Counted from the stretch's first letter, positions 26,954 to 39,193 are shown. The stretch: 64,000 nucleotides of DNA from an uncultured Actinomycetota bacterium (GCA_963718725.1 OY970374.1:2259215-2323214), one strand, 5' to 3'. A program made the numbers and translations. Notes: a model not told the origin generated them from the sequence alone.

Positions 26954-27993
26954 CCGCCCGCCCGCTCCCGGGCCGCCGAGAACAGCCGGTCGAGCTCGGC
27001 GTTGACCTCCTCGTGCCGCTCGAGGATCACCATGTGCCCGGCGCCCTCGAGCTCGAGGAGTCGCGAGCCCGGGATGGTGGCGTGCAGCTTGCGGCTGTGG
27101 CCGACCGACGTCATCTTGTCCGCCGTGCCGCAGATGATCGAGACCGGCACGTGCGCGAGCGCCCGCACGGTCTCGAACTTGTCGAGCGAGGAGAAGTTCG
27201 GGAAGAACTCGGCGATCACCTCGAACGGCGTGGCCGACAGCATCGAGTCGACGAACTCGACGTACGACGCTGGGACGTCGTCGCCGAAGGCGAACGCGTC
27301 CGTGACGACCGACGCCACGGCCCGGCCGACCCGCCGCACGCCGTCGACGGTCCGGTGGCCGCGCGACAGCACCGCGACCGCCCGCAGGGCCAGCGCGCTG
27401 CCGAGTCCCGACGGCACGGCGGGGACGAGGACCCGGTGAGGGGCGAGGCCGCCGGCCGTGGTCGCGATCAGCCCGACGCCGACCACCCGGTCCCCGAAGA
27501 GCTCCGGGTGCTCCTCGGCCAGGGCGATGATGCCCATCCCACCCATGGAGTGCCCCACGAGCACGACCGGCCCCGGGGGGACGACCTCGTCGATCAGGCG
27601 CGCCAGGTCGCGGCCGAGCTGGTCGATGGTGGCGTGCCCGTCGGTGGACCGGCCGGAGCGGCCGTGGCTGCGCTGGTCGTAGTAGACGGCGTGGGCCAGG
27701 CCGCGGTAGCTGGCACGCTGGAAGTGCCAGCAGTCGAGGTTGAGGGCGTAGCCGTGGGCGAAGACCACCGTCAGCGGCGACCCCTCGCACGGGTCCACCT
27801 CGACGTGCAGCGGGACGCCGTCGTCGGCGACCACCGTCACGGCTGGCGACCGGAGCGAGCCGAAGTCCGTCGTGTCGCCCGCGCCGGGGCGGGCGATGAT
27901 CTGGCGCCGGCGTGCGACACCGACCGCCGTGCCGGCGACGGCGACGCCGGCCGCGGACGCGACGATCCCGACGACCTTGCCCCGGACGCTCAC
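26950..27993 (-). CDS. Alpha/beta hydrolase
   Basis: ORF track, 347 aa, GTG start (GTGA overlap with alr). It has an N-terminal TM, the nucleophile elbow GHSMGG and a C-terminal GAGHM. Confidence 0.8.
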   Translation of the reverse strand: MSVRGKVVGIVASAAGVAVAGTAVGVARRRQIIARPGAGDTTDFGSLRSPAVTVVADDGVPLHVEVDPCEGSPLTVVFAHGYALNLDCWHFQRASYRGLAHAVYYDQRSHGRSGRSTDGHATIDQLGRDLARLIDEVVPPGPVVLVGHSMGGMGIIALAEEHPELFGDRVVGVGLIATTAGGLAPHRVLVPAVPSGLGSALALRAVAVLSRGHRTVDGVRRVGRAVASVVTDAFAFGDDVPASYVEFVDSMLSATPFEVIAEFFPNFSSLDKFETVRALAHVPVSIICGTADKMTSVGHSRKLHATIPGSRLLELEGAGHMVILERHEEVNAELDRLFSAARERAGG

Positions 27994-29147
27994 TCGGCGG
28001 GCACCTCACGGACGCTCTCGTCGACGTACCGCCGCTCGAACCGCCCGCCGACCCGGGTCACGATCTCGTAGCTGATCGTGTCGCACCACTCGGCCCAGTC
28101 CTGCGCGGTCGGCTCGCCGTAGAGGCCGGCGCCGAACAGCACGACCTCGTCGCCCGCGGCCGCCGGGTCGTCTCCGAGGTCGACGACGAACTGGTCCATG
28201 CAGACCCGTCCGCGGATCGGCCGCCGGCCGTCGGCGACCAGCGCCTCGGCGCGGTTGCCGGCATGGCGGGGCACCCCGTCGCCGTACCCGACCGGCACCA
28301 GCCCGACCGTCGTCGGCCGCTCGGCGTGCCAGGTGTGGCCGTAGGAGACGCCGTCGCCGGACTCGATCCGCTTCACGAGCGCGAGCCGGGCGGAGACGTG
28401 CATGGCCGGGACCAGTCCGGGTCGGTCTGGCTGGGCGAGGTCGGGGGTGTGGCCCGGGGCGGGGTCGAGGCCGTACGACGCCAGGCCGCACCGGACCAGG
28501 TCGTACCGCGCGCTCGGGCGCAGGATGGCCGCCGCCGAGTTGGCGAGGTGGCGCACCTCCGGCTCGAGGCCGGCGCTCGCCGCCAGTGCGAGGGCGTCGT
28601 CGAAGGCCGCCTCCTGGGCGTCGTTGGCGGGGTGCTCGGGCTCGTCGCTGCAGGCGAAGTGCGACCAGACCCCCGTCACGCGGATCGTGCCCTCCCGCTC
28701 GTGGTCGGCGGCGACCGCGAAGAGGTCCCGCCAGGTCGCGCGGGCCGCGCCGCCCCGCGAGAGGCCGGTGTCGACCTTGACCTGCACGCGCGCCGGGGCG
28801 TCGCCCACGGTCGCGACGACCTCCGCGAGCTCGGCCTCGGTGTAGACCGTGACGTCCACGTCCGCGGCGATCGCCGCCGCGTAGTCCTCACCGGGCACGC
28901 CGAGCCAGCAGAGGATCCGACCGGAGTCGCCCGCCTGCCGGAGGGCCAGCGCCTCGTCGATCGTGGCCACCCCGAGCCAGGTGGCGCCGCCCTCGCGCGC
29001 GGCTCGGGCTGCGGGCACCATGCCGTGGCCGTAGCCGTCGGCCTTCACGACCGTCATCACGTCGACCCCCGTGTGCGCGCGGAGCACGCCCACGTTGTGC
29101 CGGATCGCGGGCAGCTCGACGACGATCTGCGCGCGCGGCCGGGTCAT
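27990..29147 (-). CDS. alr: Alanine racemase
   Basis: ORF 27990..29687 is trimmed to the ATG at 29147 (ATGA overlap with nnr). Motifs are VVKADGYGHG (PLP lysine) and GYGDG. Confidence 0.9.
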   Translation of the reverse strand: MTRPRAQIVVELPAIRHNVGVLRAHTGVDVMTVVKADGYGHGMVPAARAAREGGATWLGVATIDEALALRQAGDSGRILCWLGVPGEDYAAAIAADVDVTVYTEAELAEVVATVGDAPARVQVKVDTGLSRGGAARATWRDLFAVAADHEREGTIRVTGVWSHFACSDEPEHPANDAQEAAFDDALALAASAGLEPEVRHLANSAAAILRPSARYDLVRCGLASYGLDPAPGHTPDLAQPDRPGLVPAMHVSARLALVKRIESGDGVSYGHTWHAERPTTVGLVPVGYGDGVPRHAGNRAEALVADGRRPIRGRVCMDQFVVDLGDDPAAAGDEVVLFGAGLYGEPTAQDWAEWCDTISYEIVTRVGGRFERRYVDESVREVPAE

Positions 29148-30538
29148 TCCGCGGATTCTTCCATCCCGGTCGCGAGCACCTGACGGACCGTCTCGGGGAG
29201 CGCGCGCGCCACGTCGCCCGCAGCGATCGGCCCGCCGTGGGAGGCGACGGTCGCCGCGGCACCGTGCAGCCAGCTGCCGACGGACGCGGCGTCGTACGGC
29301 GTGAGGCCGGTGGCCAGCAGCGAGCCGATCAGCCCCGCGAGCACGTCGCCGGCCCCGGCGGTGGCGAGCCACGGGACGCCGGTCGTGGTGACCCGCACTC
29401 CGCTCTCCCCCGCGATCAGGGTGTGCCGTCCCTTGAGCAGCACGACCGCGTCGAAGCGCTCGGCCGCCGCCCGGGCGTGCGCGAGCGGCCGGGCCTCGAT
29501 GTCCGCCCGGTCGGCACCGGTCATCGCGGCGAGCTCGCCCGCGTGCGGCGTCAGGACTGCTGGCGTGCTCAGGGGCTCCGTGAGGTGCTGGAGCGCGTCG
29601 GCGTCGACCACGACCGGCACCCCGTCGGCCAGGGCGGCCTTGAGGTGGTCGGCCGCGTCCTGGTCCGTGCCCGAGCCCACGACCCACGCCTGCACCCGAC
29701 CGTCACCGACCACCTCGGGGCGGATCGCGCGCACCGTGTCGGCCGCCGCGCCGACGTACCGCACCATGCCGGCGAGGCCGCTGGACGCGCCGGCGACGCA
29801 GAGCTCGGCGGCGCCGGGATAGGTGGCCGAGCCGGCGCGCACGCCGACGACGCCGCGGGTGTACTTGTGGGCGTCGGGGTGGGGCCGCGGCAGCAGCCGC
29901 CGTACGTCGACGGGCTGCAGCGCCTCCACCGCGGCCTGCGGGAGTGTGAGCCGGAGGTCGACGAGGTAGGTGACGCCGCAGGCGGCGGCCGCGGGGTCGA
30001 CGAGGTGGGCGACCTTGTGGGTCCCGAAGGTCACCGTGAGCGCGGCTCGCACGTGGGGTCCGGCCAGCTCGCCGGTGTCGACGTCGACCCCGCTGGGGAT
30101 GTCGACGGCCACCACCGGGACGCCCTCCAGCCGGGCGAGCGCGGCGACGGCCTCGGGCCGCAGCCCGGGCCTGCCGCCGATGCCGACGATCCCGTCGACC
30201 GCGACGTCCGCGCGGGCGTCCTCGCGCGGCTCGCCGACCCGCCCGCCCGCGGCCCGCAGCGCCGCGAGCCCGCCCTCGTGCACCTGGTCCGCCAGCAGCC
30301 ACGCCTCGACCCAGGCGCCGCGGCGGGCCAGCACGGCGCCGGCGTGGAGCGCGTCCCCGCCGTTGTTGCCCGGCCCGACGAGCAGCACCACCCGCCGGCC
30401 GTAGGCGCCGCCGAGCCAGTCCACCACGGCGTACGCCAGTCCGGTCGCCGCCTGCTGCATCAGCGACCCCTCGGGCAGCGTCGCCAGCAGCGCCTCCTCG
30501 GCGGCTCGGACCTGCTCGACCGTGTGCGCGTGGCGCAT
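29144..30538 (-). CDS. nnr: Bifunctional NAD(P)H-hydrate repair enzyme (epimerase/dehydratase)
   Basis: ORF track, 464 aa. The N-terminal YjeF_N motif is GPGNNGGDAL. The C-terminal carbohydrate-kinase part contains GAGDVLAG. Confidence 0.85.
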   Translation of the reverse strand: MRHAHTVEQVRAAEEALLATLPEGSLMQQAATGLAYAVVDWLGGAYGRRVVLLVGPGNNGGDALHAGAVLARRGAWVEAWLLADQVHEGGLAALRAAGGRVGEPREDARADVAVDGIVGIGGRPGLRPEAVAALARLEGVPVVAVDIPSGVDVDTGELAGPHVRAALTVTFGTHKVAHLVDPAAAACGVTYLVDLRLTLPQAAVEALQPVDVRRLLPRPHPDAHKYTRGVVGVRAGSATYPGAAELCVAGASSGLAGMVRYVGAAADTVRAIRPEVVGDGRVQAWVVGSGTDQDAADHLKAALADGVPVVVDADALQHLTEPLSTPAVLTPHAGELAAMTGADRADIEARPLAHARAAAERFDAVVLLKGRHTLIAGESGVRVTTTGVPWLATAGAGDVLAGLIGSLLATGLTPYDAASVGSWLHGAAATVASHGGPIAAGDVARALPETVRQVLATGMEESAE

Positions 30539-30576
30539 GCGCCCAACCTAGCGGCGGGTCGCGGCTGCTGGGCTGC

Positions 30577-30644
30577 CTCACGTGCCCGCGATGCGGCTTC
30601 TGCACAGCTGTAGCTGTCCAGGAGCAGGAGGGAGGGCACGTGAG
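30577..30644. promoter_or_regulatory. 11-bp perfect inverted repeat, each arm centred on CACGTG, between acpS and nnr
   Basis: CTCACGTGCCC lies at 30577-30587 and GGGCACGTGAG at 30634-30644, separated by 46 nt. Both sit in the 133-nt acpS-nnr spacer. Confidence 0.3.
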
Positions 30645-30671
30645 CCACGCAGGACGGGCGGGAGGAGCGGC

Positions 30672-31025
30672 TCAGGACTCCAGCACCACGACCGCGGACG
30701 CGATCCCGGCGTCGTGCGAGAGCGACAGGTGCACGGAGGTGACGCCGAGCTCGTCGGCGCGGGCCTGGACCGAGCCGCGGATGGTCAGCAACGGGCGGCC
30801 GGAGGACTCCGAGACCACCTCGGCGTCGTGCCAGGCCATCCCGGTCGGCGCGCCGAGCGCCTTCGCCATCGCCTCCTTGGCCGCGAACCGCGCTGCGAGC
30901 GACGCCGGGGGTCGAGAGGCCTCGGCCGGCGTGAACAGCCGCGCGCGCAGCCCGGGCGTCCGCTCGAGCGACGCCATGAACCGCTCGATGTCGACCACGT
31001 CGATGCCGACCCCGATGACTGCCAC
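30672..31025 (-). CDS. acpS: Holo-[acyl-carrier-protein] synthase
   Basis: ORF track, 117 aa: [14 protein letters not shown]...[13 protein letters not shown]. Confidence 0.85.
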   Translation of the reverse strand: MAVIGVGIDVVDIERFMASLERTPGLRARLFTPAEASRPPASLAARFAAKEAMAKALGAPTGMAWHDAEVVSESSGRPLLTIRGSVQARADELGVTSVHLSLSHDAGIASAVVVLES

Positions 31026-31028
31026 CCG

Positions 31029-32873
31029 CTACTCCACCGTGACGGACTTGGCGAGGTTGCGTGGCTGGTCGACGTCGTGGCCGAGCAGGGTCGCCAGCTC
31101 GCACGCGAACAGCTGCATCGGGATCACCGCCAGCATCGGTTGGAGCAGCACCGGCACGCGTGGCAGCTCGATGAGCTCGTCGGCGTACGGCGTGATGGTG
31201 GTGTCGCCCTCCTCGGCGAGACAGATCGTGTGGGCCCCCCGGGCCCGGATCTCCTGGATGCCGCTCACCATCTTGTCGTGGAGCTGGTCACGCCCCTTCG
31301 GAGGTACGACGCACAGCACCGGCACCCCGGCCTCGATCAGCGCGATCGGACCGTGCTTGAGCTCACCGGCGGCGAACCCCTCGGCGTGCAGGTAGGCGAG
31401 CTCCTTCAGCTTCAGCGCCCCCTCGAGCGCGATCGGGTAGCCGGCGTGACGACCGACGAACAGCACCGAGCTGTCGTCGCGGTGGGCTCGGGCCAGCTCG
31501 TAGATCCGCTGGTCCTGGTCGAGCACCCGTCGGATGAGCTGCGGCATCCGCTCGAGCTCGTCGACGATCTGGGTGATCTCGTCGCCGTAGCGCGTGCCCT
31601 TCACCTGCGCGAGGTAGAGCCCGAGCAGGTAGCACGCCACCATCTGGGTCATGAAGCCCTTGGTCGACGCGACCGCGATCTCCGGGCCGGCGTTGGTGTA
31701 GATCACGGCGTCGGACTCACGCGGGATCGTCGACCCGTTCGTGTTGCAGATCGCCAGCACCCGGGACCGCTGCCGCCGCGCGTGCCGGATCGCCTGGAGC
31801 GTGTCCGCGGTCTCGCCCGACTGGCTGATCGCCACGACGAGCGTCGACTGGGTCAGGACCGGGTCGCGGTAGCGGAACTCGGAGGCGAGCTCGACCTCGC
31901 ACGGGATCCGGGTCCAGTGCTCGATGGCGTACTTCGCGACGAGCCCGGCGTAGAACGCGGTGCCGCACGCGATCACGATGATCTTGTCGATGTCGCGCAG
32001 GTCCTGCTCGGCCAGGCGCATCTCGTCGAGCTGCAGCTCGCCCGAGGCCGTACGCCGGCCGAGGAGCGCGTTCGCCACCGCCCGCGGCTGCTCGTAGATC
32101 TCCTTGCGCATGAACCAGTCGTGGCCGTCCTTCTCGGCGGCCGACAGGTCCCAGTCGACGTGGTAGCGCTTGCCCTCCGCAGGCGTGCCGTCGAAGTCGG
32201 TGACCGCGACGCCCCCGCGGGTGATGGTCACGACCTGGTCCTGCCCGAGCTCGAGCGCCTCCCGGGTGTGCTCGATGAACGCGGCGACGTCGGAGCCCAG
32301 GAAGTTCTCGCCCTCTCCGATCCCGACGACCAGCGGCGAGTTGCAGCGCGCGGCCACGACGAGCGACGGGTCCTGCGCGTCGACCGCGACCAGCGTGAAC
32401 GCCCCGGTCAGCCGCCGGCAGGTCGCCTGCATCGCGGCCGTGAGGTCACCGCCACGCTCGAGCTCGGCCTCCAGCAGGTGGGCGGCCACCTCGGTGTCGG
32501 TGTCGGACACCAGGTCGTGACCGTCGGCCTCCAGCTCGGCTCGCAGCGTCGCGAAGTTCTCGATGATGCCGTTGTGGACCAGCGCCACCCGGCCGCCCTG
32601 CCCGAGGTGCGGGTGGGCGTTGCGGTCGGTCGGCGGCCCGTGTGTGGCCCAGCGGGTGTGCCCGATCCCCGTCGTGGACGGCGGCAGCGGGTGGTCGGCG
32701 ATCGCCTTGTCGAGGTTCGCCAGCTTGCCGGCGCGCTTGTCGGAGGCGATCGTGCCGTCGGTCACCAACGCGATCCCGGCGGAGTCGTAGCCGCGGTACT
32801 CCAGCCGCCGCAGCCCCTCGATCACGACGTCCTGCGCCTGCCGAGGGCCGACGTACCCGACGATTCCGCACAT
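31029..32873 (-). CDS. glmS: Glutamine--fructose-6-phosphate aminotransferase
   Basis: ORF 31029..32903 is trimmed to the ATG at 32873, so the protein starts MCGIVGYVG (Ntn Cys). It has two SIS domains and ends KSVTVE. Confidence 0.95.
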   Translation of the reverse strand: MCGIVGYVGPRQAQDVVIEGLRRLEYRGYDSAGIALVTDGTIASDKRAGKLANLDKAIADHPLPPSTTGIGHTRWATHGPPTDRNAHPHLGQGGRVALVHNGIIENFATLRAELEADGHDLVSDTDTEVAAHLLEAELERGGDLTAAMQATCRRLTGAFTLVAVDAQDPSLVVAARCNSPLVVGIGEGENFLGSDVAAFIEHTREALELGQDQVVTITRGGVAVTDFDGTPAEGKRYHVDWDLSAAEKDGHDWFMRKEIYEQPRAVANALLGRRTASGELQLDEMRLAEQDLRDIDKIIVIACGTAFYAGLVAKYAIEHWTRIPCEVELASEFRYRDPVLTQSTLVVAISQSGETADTLQAIRHARRQRSRVLAICNTNGSTIPRESDAVIYTNAGPEIAVASTKGFMTQMVACYLLGLYLAQVKGTRYGDEITQIVDELERMPQLIRRVLDQDQRIYELARAHRDDSSVLFVGRHAGYPIALEGALKLKELAYLHAEGFAAGELKHGPIALIEAGVPVLCVVPPKGRDQLHDKMVSGIQEIRARGAHTICLAEEGDTTITPYADELIELPRVPVLLQPMLAVIPMQLFACELATLLGHDVDQPRNLAKSVTVE

Positions 32874-32914
32874 GGGTCCACTGTAGGGCGGACCCGGCTG
32901 CAAGAATGCCGCGC

Positions 32915-33895
32915 ATGTCTCCGAACGGCGGGTCGGTCGGCGCCTCGGACGCGGGCCGCGAGCCGTCGCCGTACGTCGAGCTCGACCGCGACGCGTGGGC
33001 GGCCCTCGGCAAGGAGACCGAGAGCCCCCTGACGGCCGACGAGATCACCAGCCTGCAAGGTCTCGGCGACGCGCTCGACCTGCTCGAGGTCGAGCAGATC
33101 TACCTCCCGATCTCGCGGCTCCTCAGCCTGTACGTCGCCGCCGCGGGCCGGCTGCACCGCGAGCAGGAGGAGTTCCTCCACCTGCCGCAGCCGCCCCGCA
33201 CACCGTTCGTGATCGGCCTCGCCGGCTCGGTCGCGGTCGGCAAGTCCACCACCGCCCGGGTGCTCCAGCAGCTCCTCGCGCACTGGCCCGAGCACCCGAA
33301 CGTCGCGTTGGTGACCACCGACGGCTTCCTCTACCCCAACGCGGAGCTCGAGCGCCGCGGGCTGCTCCAGCGCAAGGGCTTCCCTGAGTCCTACGACCGG
33401 CGCGCGCTGCTGCGGTTCGTGGTCGACATCAAGTCCGGCAAGGACGAGGTGGCGGCGCCGACGTACTCCCACCTCGTCTACGACGTCGTCCCCGACGAGC
33501 ACGTGGTGATCCAGAGCCCCGACATCGTGATCATCGAGGGACTCAACGTGCTGCAGCCGGCGCGGGTCCGCGAGGACGGCCGCGCCGGTCTCACCCTGAG
33601 CGACTTCTTCGACTTCACCGTCTACGTCGACGCCCGCACCGAGCACATCCGGGAGTGGTACGTCGACCGCTTCAAGCGGCTGCGCGAGACGGCGTTCCGC
33701 GACCCGGAGTCCTACTTCGCCCAGTACGCCGCGCTCAGCGAGGACGAGGCCGTCGAGACCGCCACCCGGCTGTGGGACACCATCAACGGGCCGAACCTCA
33801 CGCAGAACGTGCTGCCGACCCGCTCCCGCGCGACGCTCGTGCTGCGCAAGGACCTCGACCACTCGGTCCGCTACGTCCGGCTCAGGAAGCTCTGA
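32915..33895 (+). CDS. coaA: Type I pantothenate kinase
   Basis: ORF 32642..33895 is trimmed to the ATG at 32915 (alternative 32906). The P-loop is [17 protein letters not shown], followed by IIEGLNVLQ. Confidence 0.9.
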   Translation: MSPNGGSVGASDAGREPSPYVELDRDAWAALGKETESPLTADEITSLQGLGDALDLLEVEQIYLPISRLLSLYVAAAGRLHREQEEFLHLPQPPRTPFVIGLAGSVAVGKSTTARVLQQLLAHWPEHPNVALVTTDGFLYPNAELERRGLLQRKGFPESYDRRALLRFVVDIKSGKDEVAAPTYSHLVYDVVPDEHVVIQSPDIVIIEGLNVLQPARVREDGRAGLTLSDFFDFTVYVDARTEHIREWYVDRFKRLRETAFRDPESYFAQYAALSEDEAVETATRLWDTINGPNLTQNVLPTRSRATLVLRKDLDHSVRYVRLRKL

Positions 33896-35081
33896 GCCGG
33901 TCGGGCGCCGACCGCGCGGTTGCCACGACGTGCTGCGTGACGGCCAGGGCCAGCACCAGCCCGATCAGCAGCACCACCACGCCCGTCGGGAGCCCGAGCG
34001 CGAGCCCGGCGCCCGCCACCACGAGCCCGGCGACCGACGTAGCGACCGCGGGCACGGCCAGCCGCAGGTCGTGGTCCGACAAGGCGTGCACGACGCCGAG
34101 GACGAGCGTGAACACCGCGACCGGCACCGCGACCGACCAGACGGCGACCGCGTCGGTGGTGTGGCCGTGGTGGGTGACGACGTCGACCGCGACGGCCAGG
34201 CCGGCCCCCGCCGCGGCCACCGAGGCGAACCCGAACGCGTGCGCGTACGCCGTCGTGAACACCGTCCGCTCAGACGCGAACAGCGGCGCGTTGTCGCGCT
34301 TGAAGTAGAGCCACCACAGGGAGAACACGAGCAGCATGCCGCCGATGACGAGCGGGATCAGGTCGTCGACGTACTCGTCACCTTCGAGCGCGCCCTGCAC
34401 GGCCATCACGGACGACAGCACCACCTCACCGAGCACGATGATCGTGAAGAGGGCGTAGCGCTCGGCGATGTGCTCGGGGTGGTACGGCGTGCGGTGGTGG
34501 CGCTCGGCGAGGTAGGGCACCGTGAACTCGATGGCCATGCCGAGGACGAACGTGCCGAGCAGCACGGCCTGGCCGTCCAGCCCGAGCCGGGCGAGCCAGA
34601 AGACCTGGACGGCGGTGATCCCCGCGGCGTACGTCAGGGCGGCGCGGCGGCCCTCGGGGTGACCGTGGGCGGCGCGCAGCCACAGCGACACCATCCCGAG
34701 GCGCATCACGCAGTAGCCGGCGACGACCAGCACCGAGCTGCCGTCGTCGAAGAGCGAGGGCACGCCGGCGGCCAGCAGCAGCGACCCGGCCATGATGACC
34801 AGCGACAGCAGCCGGTAGATCACGTCGCCGGAGTCGTAGGCCGAGGCGAACCAGGTGTAGTTGACCCACGCCCACCAGATGGCGACGAAGACCAGCGCGA
34901 AGTAGACGACCGCGTCGAGGTGGTGCTCGGCGAGGCCGTGGTGGAGCTCGGCGGCGGCCGCGGCGATCGCGACCACGAAGACCAGGTCGAAGAACAGCTC
35001 CAGCGGGGTGGCCGCGCGGTGCGGCTCCTCGGTGTCGCGAGGGCCCATCGGGACCGACCACGGGAGCGGCGTGATGCTCAT
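33882..35081 (-). CDS. Low-temperature-requirement A (LtrA) family membrane protein
   Basis: ORF 33882..35180 is trimmed to the ATG at 35081. Motifs are [15 protein letters not shown] and [15 protein letters not shown]. There is a 14-nt tail-to-tail overlap with coaA. Confidence 0.75.
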   Translation of the reverse strand: MSITPLPWSVPMGPRDTEEPHRAATPLELFFDLVFVVAIAAAAAELHHGLAEHHLDAVVYFALVFVAIWWAWVNYTWFASAYDSGDVIYRLLSLVIMAGSLLLAAGVPSLFDDGSSVLVVAGYCVMRLGMVSLWLRAAHGHPEGRRAALTYAAGITAVQVFWLARLGLDGQAVLLGTFVLGMAIEFTVPYLAERHHRTPYHPEHIAERYALFTIIVLGEVVLSSVMAVQGALEGDEYVDDLIPLVIGGMLLVFSLWWLYFKRDNAPLFASERTVFTTAYAHAFGFASVAAAGAGLAVAVDVVTHHGHTTDAVAVWSVAVPVAVFTLVLGVVHALSDHDLRLAVPAVATSVAGLVVAGAGLALGLPTGVVVLLIGLVLALAVTQHVVATARSAPDRLRAS

Positions 35082-35127
35082 GGCCGCCAGCCTGGCACAG
35101 CCGGGCCAGGTGGTCGGAGCGAGCGCG

Positions 35128-36474
35128 TCAGAGGGCCAGCTGACGCCGTACGACGCCGGCGAGCCGCTCGGCGACCTCACGTGCCTGCTGCTCGGTCGGC
35201 GCCTCGACCATGACCCGCACGATCGGCTCGGTGCCGGAGGGCCGCAGCAGGATCCGGCCGGTGTCGGCCAGGCCGGCCTCCTCCTCCGCGACCGCGGCCG
35301 CGACGACCGGGTCGTCGTCGGCGCGCGCCTTGTCCACCTGGTCGACGTTGAGGAGCACCTGGGGCAGCCGGGTCATGATGGAGGCGAGCTCCTGGATCGA
35401 CTGCCCGGTCGTGGCCATCCGTTCCAGGACCGCCATCGCGGTGAGGATGCCGTCGCCGGTCGTGGCGTGGTCGCTCATGATCACGTGGCCGGACTGCTCG
35501 CCGCCGAGGGAGTAGCCGGAGACCTTCATCGCCTCGAGCACGTAGCGGTCGCCGACCTTGGTCTGCCGGACGCCGATGCCCTGGCCGCGCATCGCCTGCA
35601 CGAAGCCGAGGTTGCTCATGACGGTCGCGACGACCGTGTCCTTCGCGAGCCGGTCGTGGTCGTGGAGCGCGAGCGCGAGAATCGCGAGCAGCTGGTCGCC
35701 GTCGACGACGTTCCCCTCGTGGTCGACGGCGAGGCAGCGGTCAGCGTCGCCGTCGAGGGCGAAGCCGACGTCGGCGCCGTCCTGGATGACCGCCTTCTGC
35801 AGCGACTCGAGGTGCGTGGACCCGCAGTTGTCGTTGATGTTCAGGCCGTCCGGCATGGCGTGGATCGCGCTCACGTCGGCACCCGCGCCGACCAGCGCCC
35901 GCGGGCCGGCCTCGGACGCGGCGCCCTCGGCGCAGTCGAGCACGACCTTGATCCCGACGAGAGGGTGGTCGATCGACATGATCAGGTGGTCGACGTAGTC
36001 GTCGATGGCCTCGGCGTACTGCTCGACGCGGCCGACCCCGGCGCCCACCGGCCGCTGCCAGTCATCGTGCAGCCGGCGCTCGATCGCGTGCTCGGCGACG
36101 TCGTCGAGCTTCTGGCCGCCGCGGGCGAGGAACTTGATGCCGTTGTCGGGCATCGGGTTGTGGGACGCCGAGAGCATGACGCCGAGGTCGGCGCCCAGCT
36201 TCTGGGTGAGGAACGCGACGCCCGGCGTCGGCAGCACACCGAGCAGCAGCACGTCGACGCCGGCCGACGCGAGCCCGGCGACGACGGCCGCCTCGAGGAA
36301 CTCGCCGGACACCCGGGTGTCGCGGCCGACGACCGCGACCGGCCGGTGGCCCTCGAAGTCGCCGCGGTCGGCGAGCACGTGGGCCGCGGCAACGGAAAGG
36401 TCCAGGGCCAGCTCTGCGGTGAGATCACCGTTCGCCAGGCCCCGGACCCCGTCCGTGCCGAAGAGTCGCGCCAT
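35128..36474 (-). CDS. glmM: Phosphoglucosamine mutase
   Basis: ORF track, 448 aa. Motifs are [24 protein letters not shown] and GEQSGH. Confidence 0.95.
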   Translation of the reverse strand: MARLFGTDGVRGLANGDLTAELALDLSVAAAHVLADRGDFEGHRPVAVVGRDTRVSGEFLEAAVVAGLASAGVDVLLLGVLPTPGVAFLTQKLGADLGVMLSASHNPMPDNGIKFLARGGQKLDDVAEHAIERRLHDDWQRPVGAGVGRVEQYAEAIDDYVDHLIMSIDHPLVGIKVVLDCAEGAASEAGPRALVGAGADVSAIHAMPDGLNINDNCGSTHLESLQKAVIQDGADVGFALDGDADRCLAVDHEGNVVDGDQLLAILALALHDHDRLAKDTVVATVMSNLGFVQAMRGQGIGVRQTKVGDRYVLEAMKVSGYSLGGEQSGHVIMSDHATTGDGILTAMAVLERMATTGQSIQELASIMTRLPQVLLNVDQVDKARADDDPVVAAAVAEEEAGLADTGRILLRPSGTEPIVRVMVEAPTEQQAREVAERLAGVVRRQLAL

Positions 36475-36491
36475 GCGACGACCCTAGAGCG

Positions 36492-37004
36492 TCAGCGCTT
36501 GCTGAACTGAGGCGCCTTGCGGGCCTTCTTGAGACCGGCCTTCTTGCGCTCGATGACGCGGGCGTCGCGGGTGAGCAGGCCGGCCTTCTTCAGGATCGCG
36601 CGGTTGGCGTCCTCGTCGACCGCGTTCAGGGCGCGGGCCACACCGAGGCGCAGCGCGCCGGCCTGGCCGGTGATGCCGCCGCCGTGGATCCGGGCGATCA
36701 CGTCGAAGCGGCCCTCGAGGCGGGTGGCCGCGAACGGCTCGTTGACCACCTGCTGGTGCAGCTTGTTGGGGAAGTAGGAGTCGAGGGTGCGGCCGTTGAC
36801 GGTCCAGGTGCCGGAGCCCGGGACGATCCGGACGCGGGCGACGGCCTGCTTGCGACGGCCGGTGGCCGCCGCCGGGGCGATCGCGGACGCGACGGGCGCG
36901 TCCGCGGCCGGGGCGCTCTCGGAGCTGTAGGCGACGCCCTGCTCGTCGGTCTCGAAGGTCTCCTCGACCTCGGTGGTGCTGTTCTCGGTCACGTTCTCAG
37001 TCAC
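36492..37004 (-). CDS. rpsI: 30S ribosomal protein S9 with N-terminal acidic extension
   Basis: ORF 36492..37625 is trimmed to the in-frame GTG at 37004, downstream of the rplM stop. The core is [17 protein letters not shown]...[19 protein letters not shown]...[12 protein letters not shown]. Confidence 0.9.
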   Translation of the reverse strand: MTENVTENSTTEVEETFETDEQGVAYSSESAPAADAPVASAIAPAAATGRRKQAVARVRIVPGSGTWTVNGRTLDSYFPNKLHQQVVNEPFAATRLEGRFDVIARIHGGGITGQAGALRLGVARALNAVDEDANRAILKKAGLLTRDARVIERKKAGLKKARKAPQFSKR

Positions 37005-37024
37005 GTCAGGAATCCTTGGGTCGA

Positions 37025-37468
37025 TCACTGGGAGATCTGCGAGATCTCGAAGGGCGTGGCCTGCTGGGCCTGGTGGGGGTGGTTCGGGCCGGAGTAGACC
37101 TTGAGCTTCTTGATCATCTGGCGACCGAGCTTGTTCTTCGGGAGCATGCCCCACACGGCCTTCTCGACGACCTTGCGAGCGTCCTTCTCGAGGATCTCGC
37201 CGACCGGGGTGGCGGTGAGGCCGCCCGGGTAGCCGGAGTGGCGGTAGGAGAGCTTCTTGGTGGCCTTGTCGCCGGTGAGAGCGAGCTTCTCGGCGTTCAC
37301 GATGATGACGAAGTCGCCGGTGTCCATGTGCGGGGCGAAGATCGGCTTGTGCTTGCCGCGGAGCAGGTTCGCGGTCTGGACCGCGAGCCGGCCCAGCACC
37401 ACGTCGGTGGCGTCGATGACCAGCCACTGACGGTTGATGTCGCCCGGCTTGGGGCTGTAAGTGCGCAC
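37025..37468 (-). CDS. rplM: 50S ribosomal protein L13
   Basis: ORF 37025..37546 is trimmed to the GTG at 37468, giving the 147-aa [29 protein letters not shown]... Confidence 0.9.
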   Translation of the reverse strand: MRTYSPKPGDINRQWLVIDATDVVLGRLAVQTANLLRGKHKPIFAPHMDTGDFVIIVNAEKLALTGDKATKKLSYRHSGYPGGLTATPVGEILEKDARKVVEKAVWGMLPKNKLGRQMIKKLKVYSGPNHPHQAQQATPFEISQISQ

Positions 37469-37607
37469 GTGACGTGCCCTTCTCGTTCGTGGAAACCGGC
37501 CGGCGGTCGCCGGTCGGTCGGTGGTGCTGCGGCTTCTGACGAACACGGCCCGGCTCAGATCTCAGTCCGGGACTGCACCCCGACCCACGTGGGAGGTCAG
37601 GACGCGG

Positions 37608-37647
37608 CAGGAGTCGCGACCACACAGGCTACCCGCAGCGACTCCTG
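37608..37647. other. 10-bp perfect stem (CAGGAGTCGC / GCGACTCCTG), 20-nt loop, in the rplM-gltA divergent spacer
   Basis: Seen directly. The function and the transcribed strand are unknown. Confidence 0.35.
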
Positions 37648-37719
37648 AGCGGCAAAACCGCGCGAGCGCCCGCAAGACTCGGATTCGCCCCGTCCCCGGG
37701 GCAGGGTTAGGTTGTCCGG

Positions 37720-38984
<1,265 letters not shown>

Positions 38985-39009
<25 letters not shown>

Positions 39010-39133
39010 GCGAAGCGATGGCTCCACGCTCTGAGGGAGCAGGGCCAGGTCGAGCAGCGGCACGGCTGAGCCTGCGAAGCCGTGACCCGCGTGTCGAGAC
39101 CAAGCCCGCCTCGGAGCGTGGGGCCAGAGCGAA
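38985..39133 (+). repeat. 30-nt direct repeat (28/30 identical) duplicating the gltA 3' end
   Basis: Copy 1 (38985-39014) is GCCCGCCTCGGAGCGTTGGGCCTGAGCGAA and includes the gltA stop. Copy 2 (39104-39133) is GCCCGCCTCGGAGCGTGGGGCCAGAGCGAA. The 89-nt spacer contains the hairpin CACGGCT-N10-AGCCGTG (39061-39084). Confidence 0.75.
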
Positions 39134-39193
39134 CCTCGGCGGTGGTCAGCGACTCCGGACCGCCAGGATCGCGAGCACCACGTCCAGCCTGAG

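Noticed and set aside
26954-28009. The 820-aa reading of ORF 25547..28009, and similar N-terminal extensions of the tsaD, alr, rpsI and arsR ORFs in the track.
   Set aside because: The extensions overlap upstream genes in another frame and are low in complexity. The internal starts coincide with ATGA/GTGA coupling to the upstream stop and with the canonical N-termini of each family.
32874-32914. A regulatory RNA (glmS ribozyme-like) or operator upstream of glmS. The hairpin GGGTCC-N10-GGACCC lies at 32874-32895.
   Set aside because: The divergent glmS-coaA spacer is only about 40 nt, far too short for a ribozyme. A 6-bp GC stem is expected by chance at this GC content.
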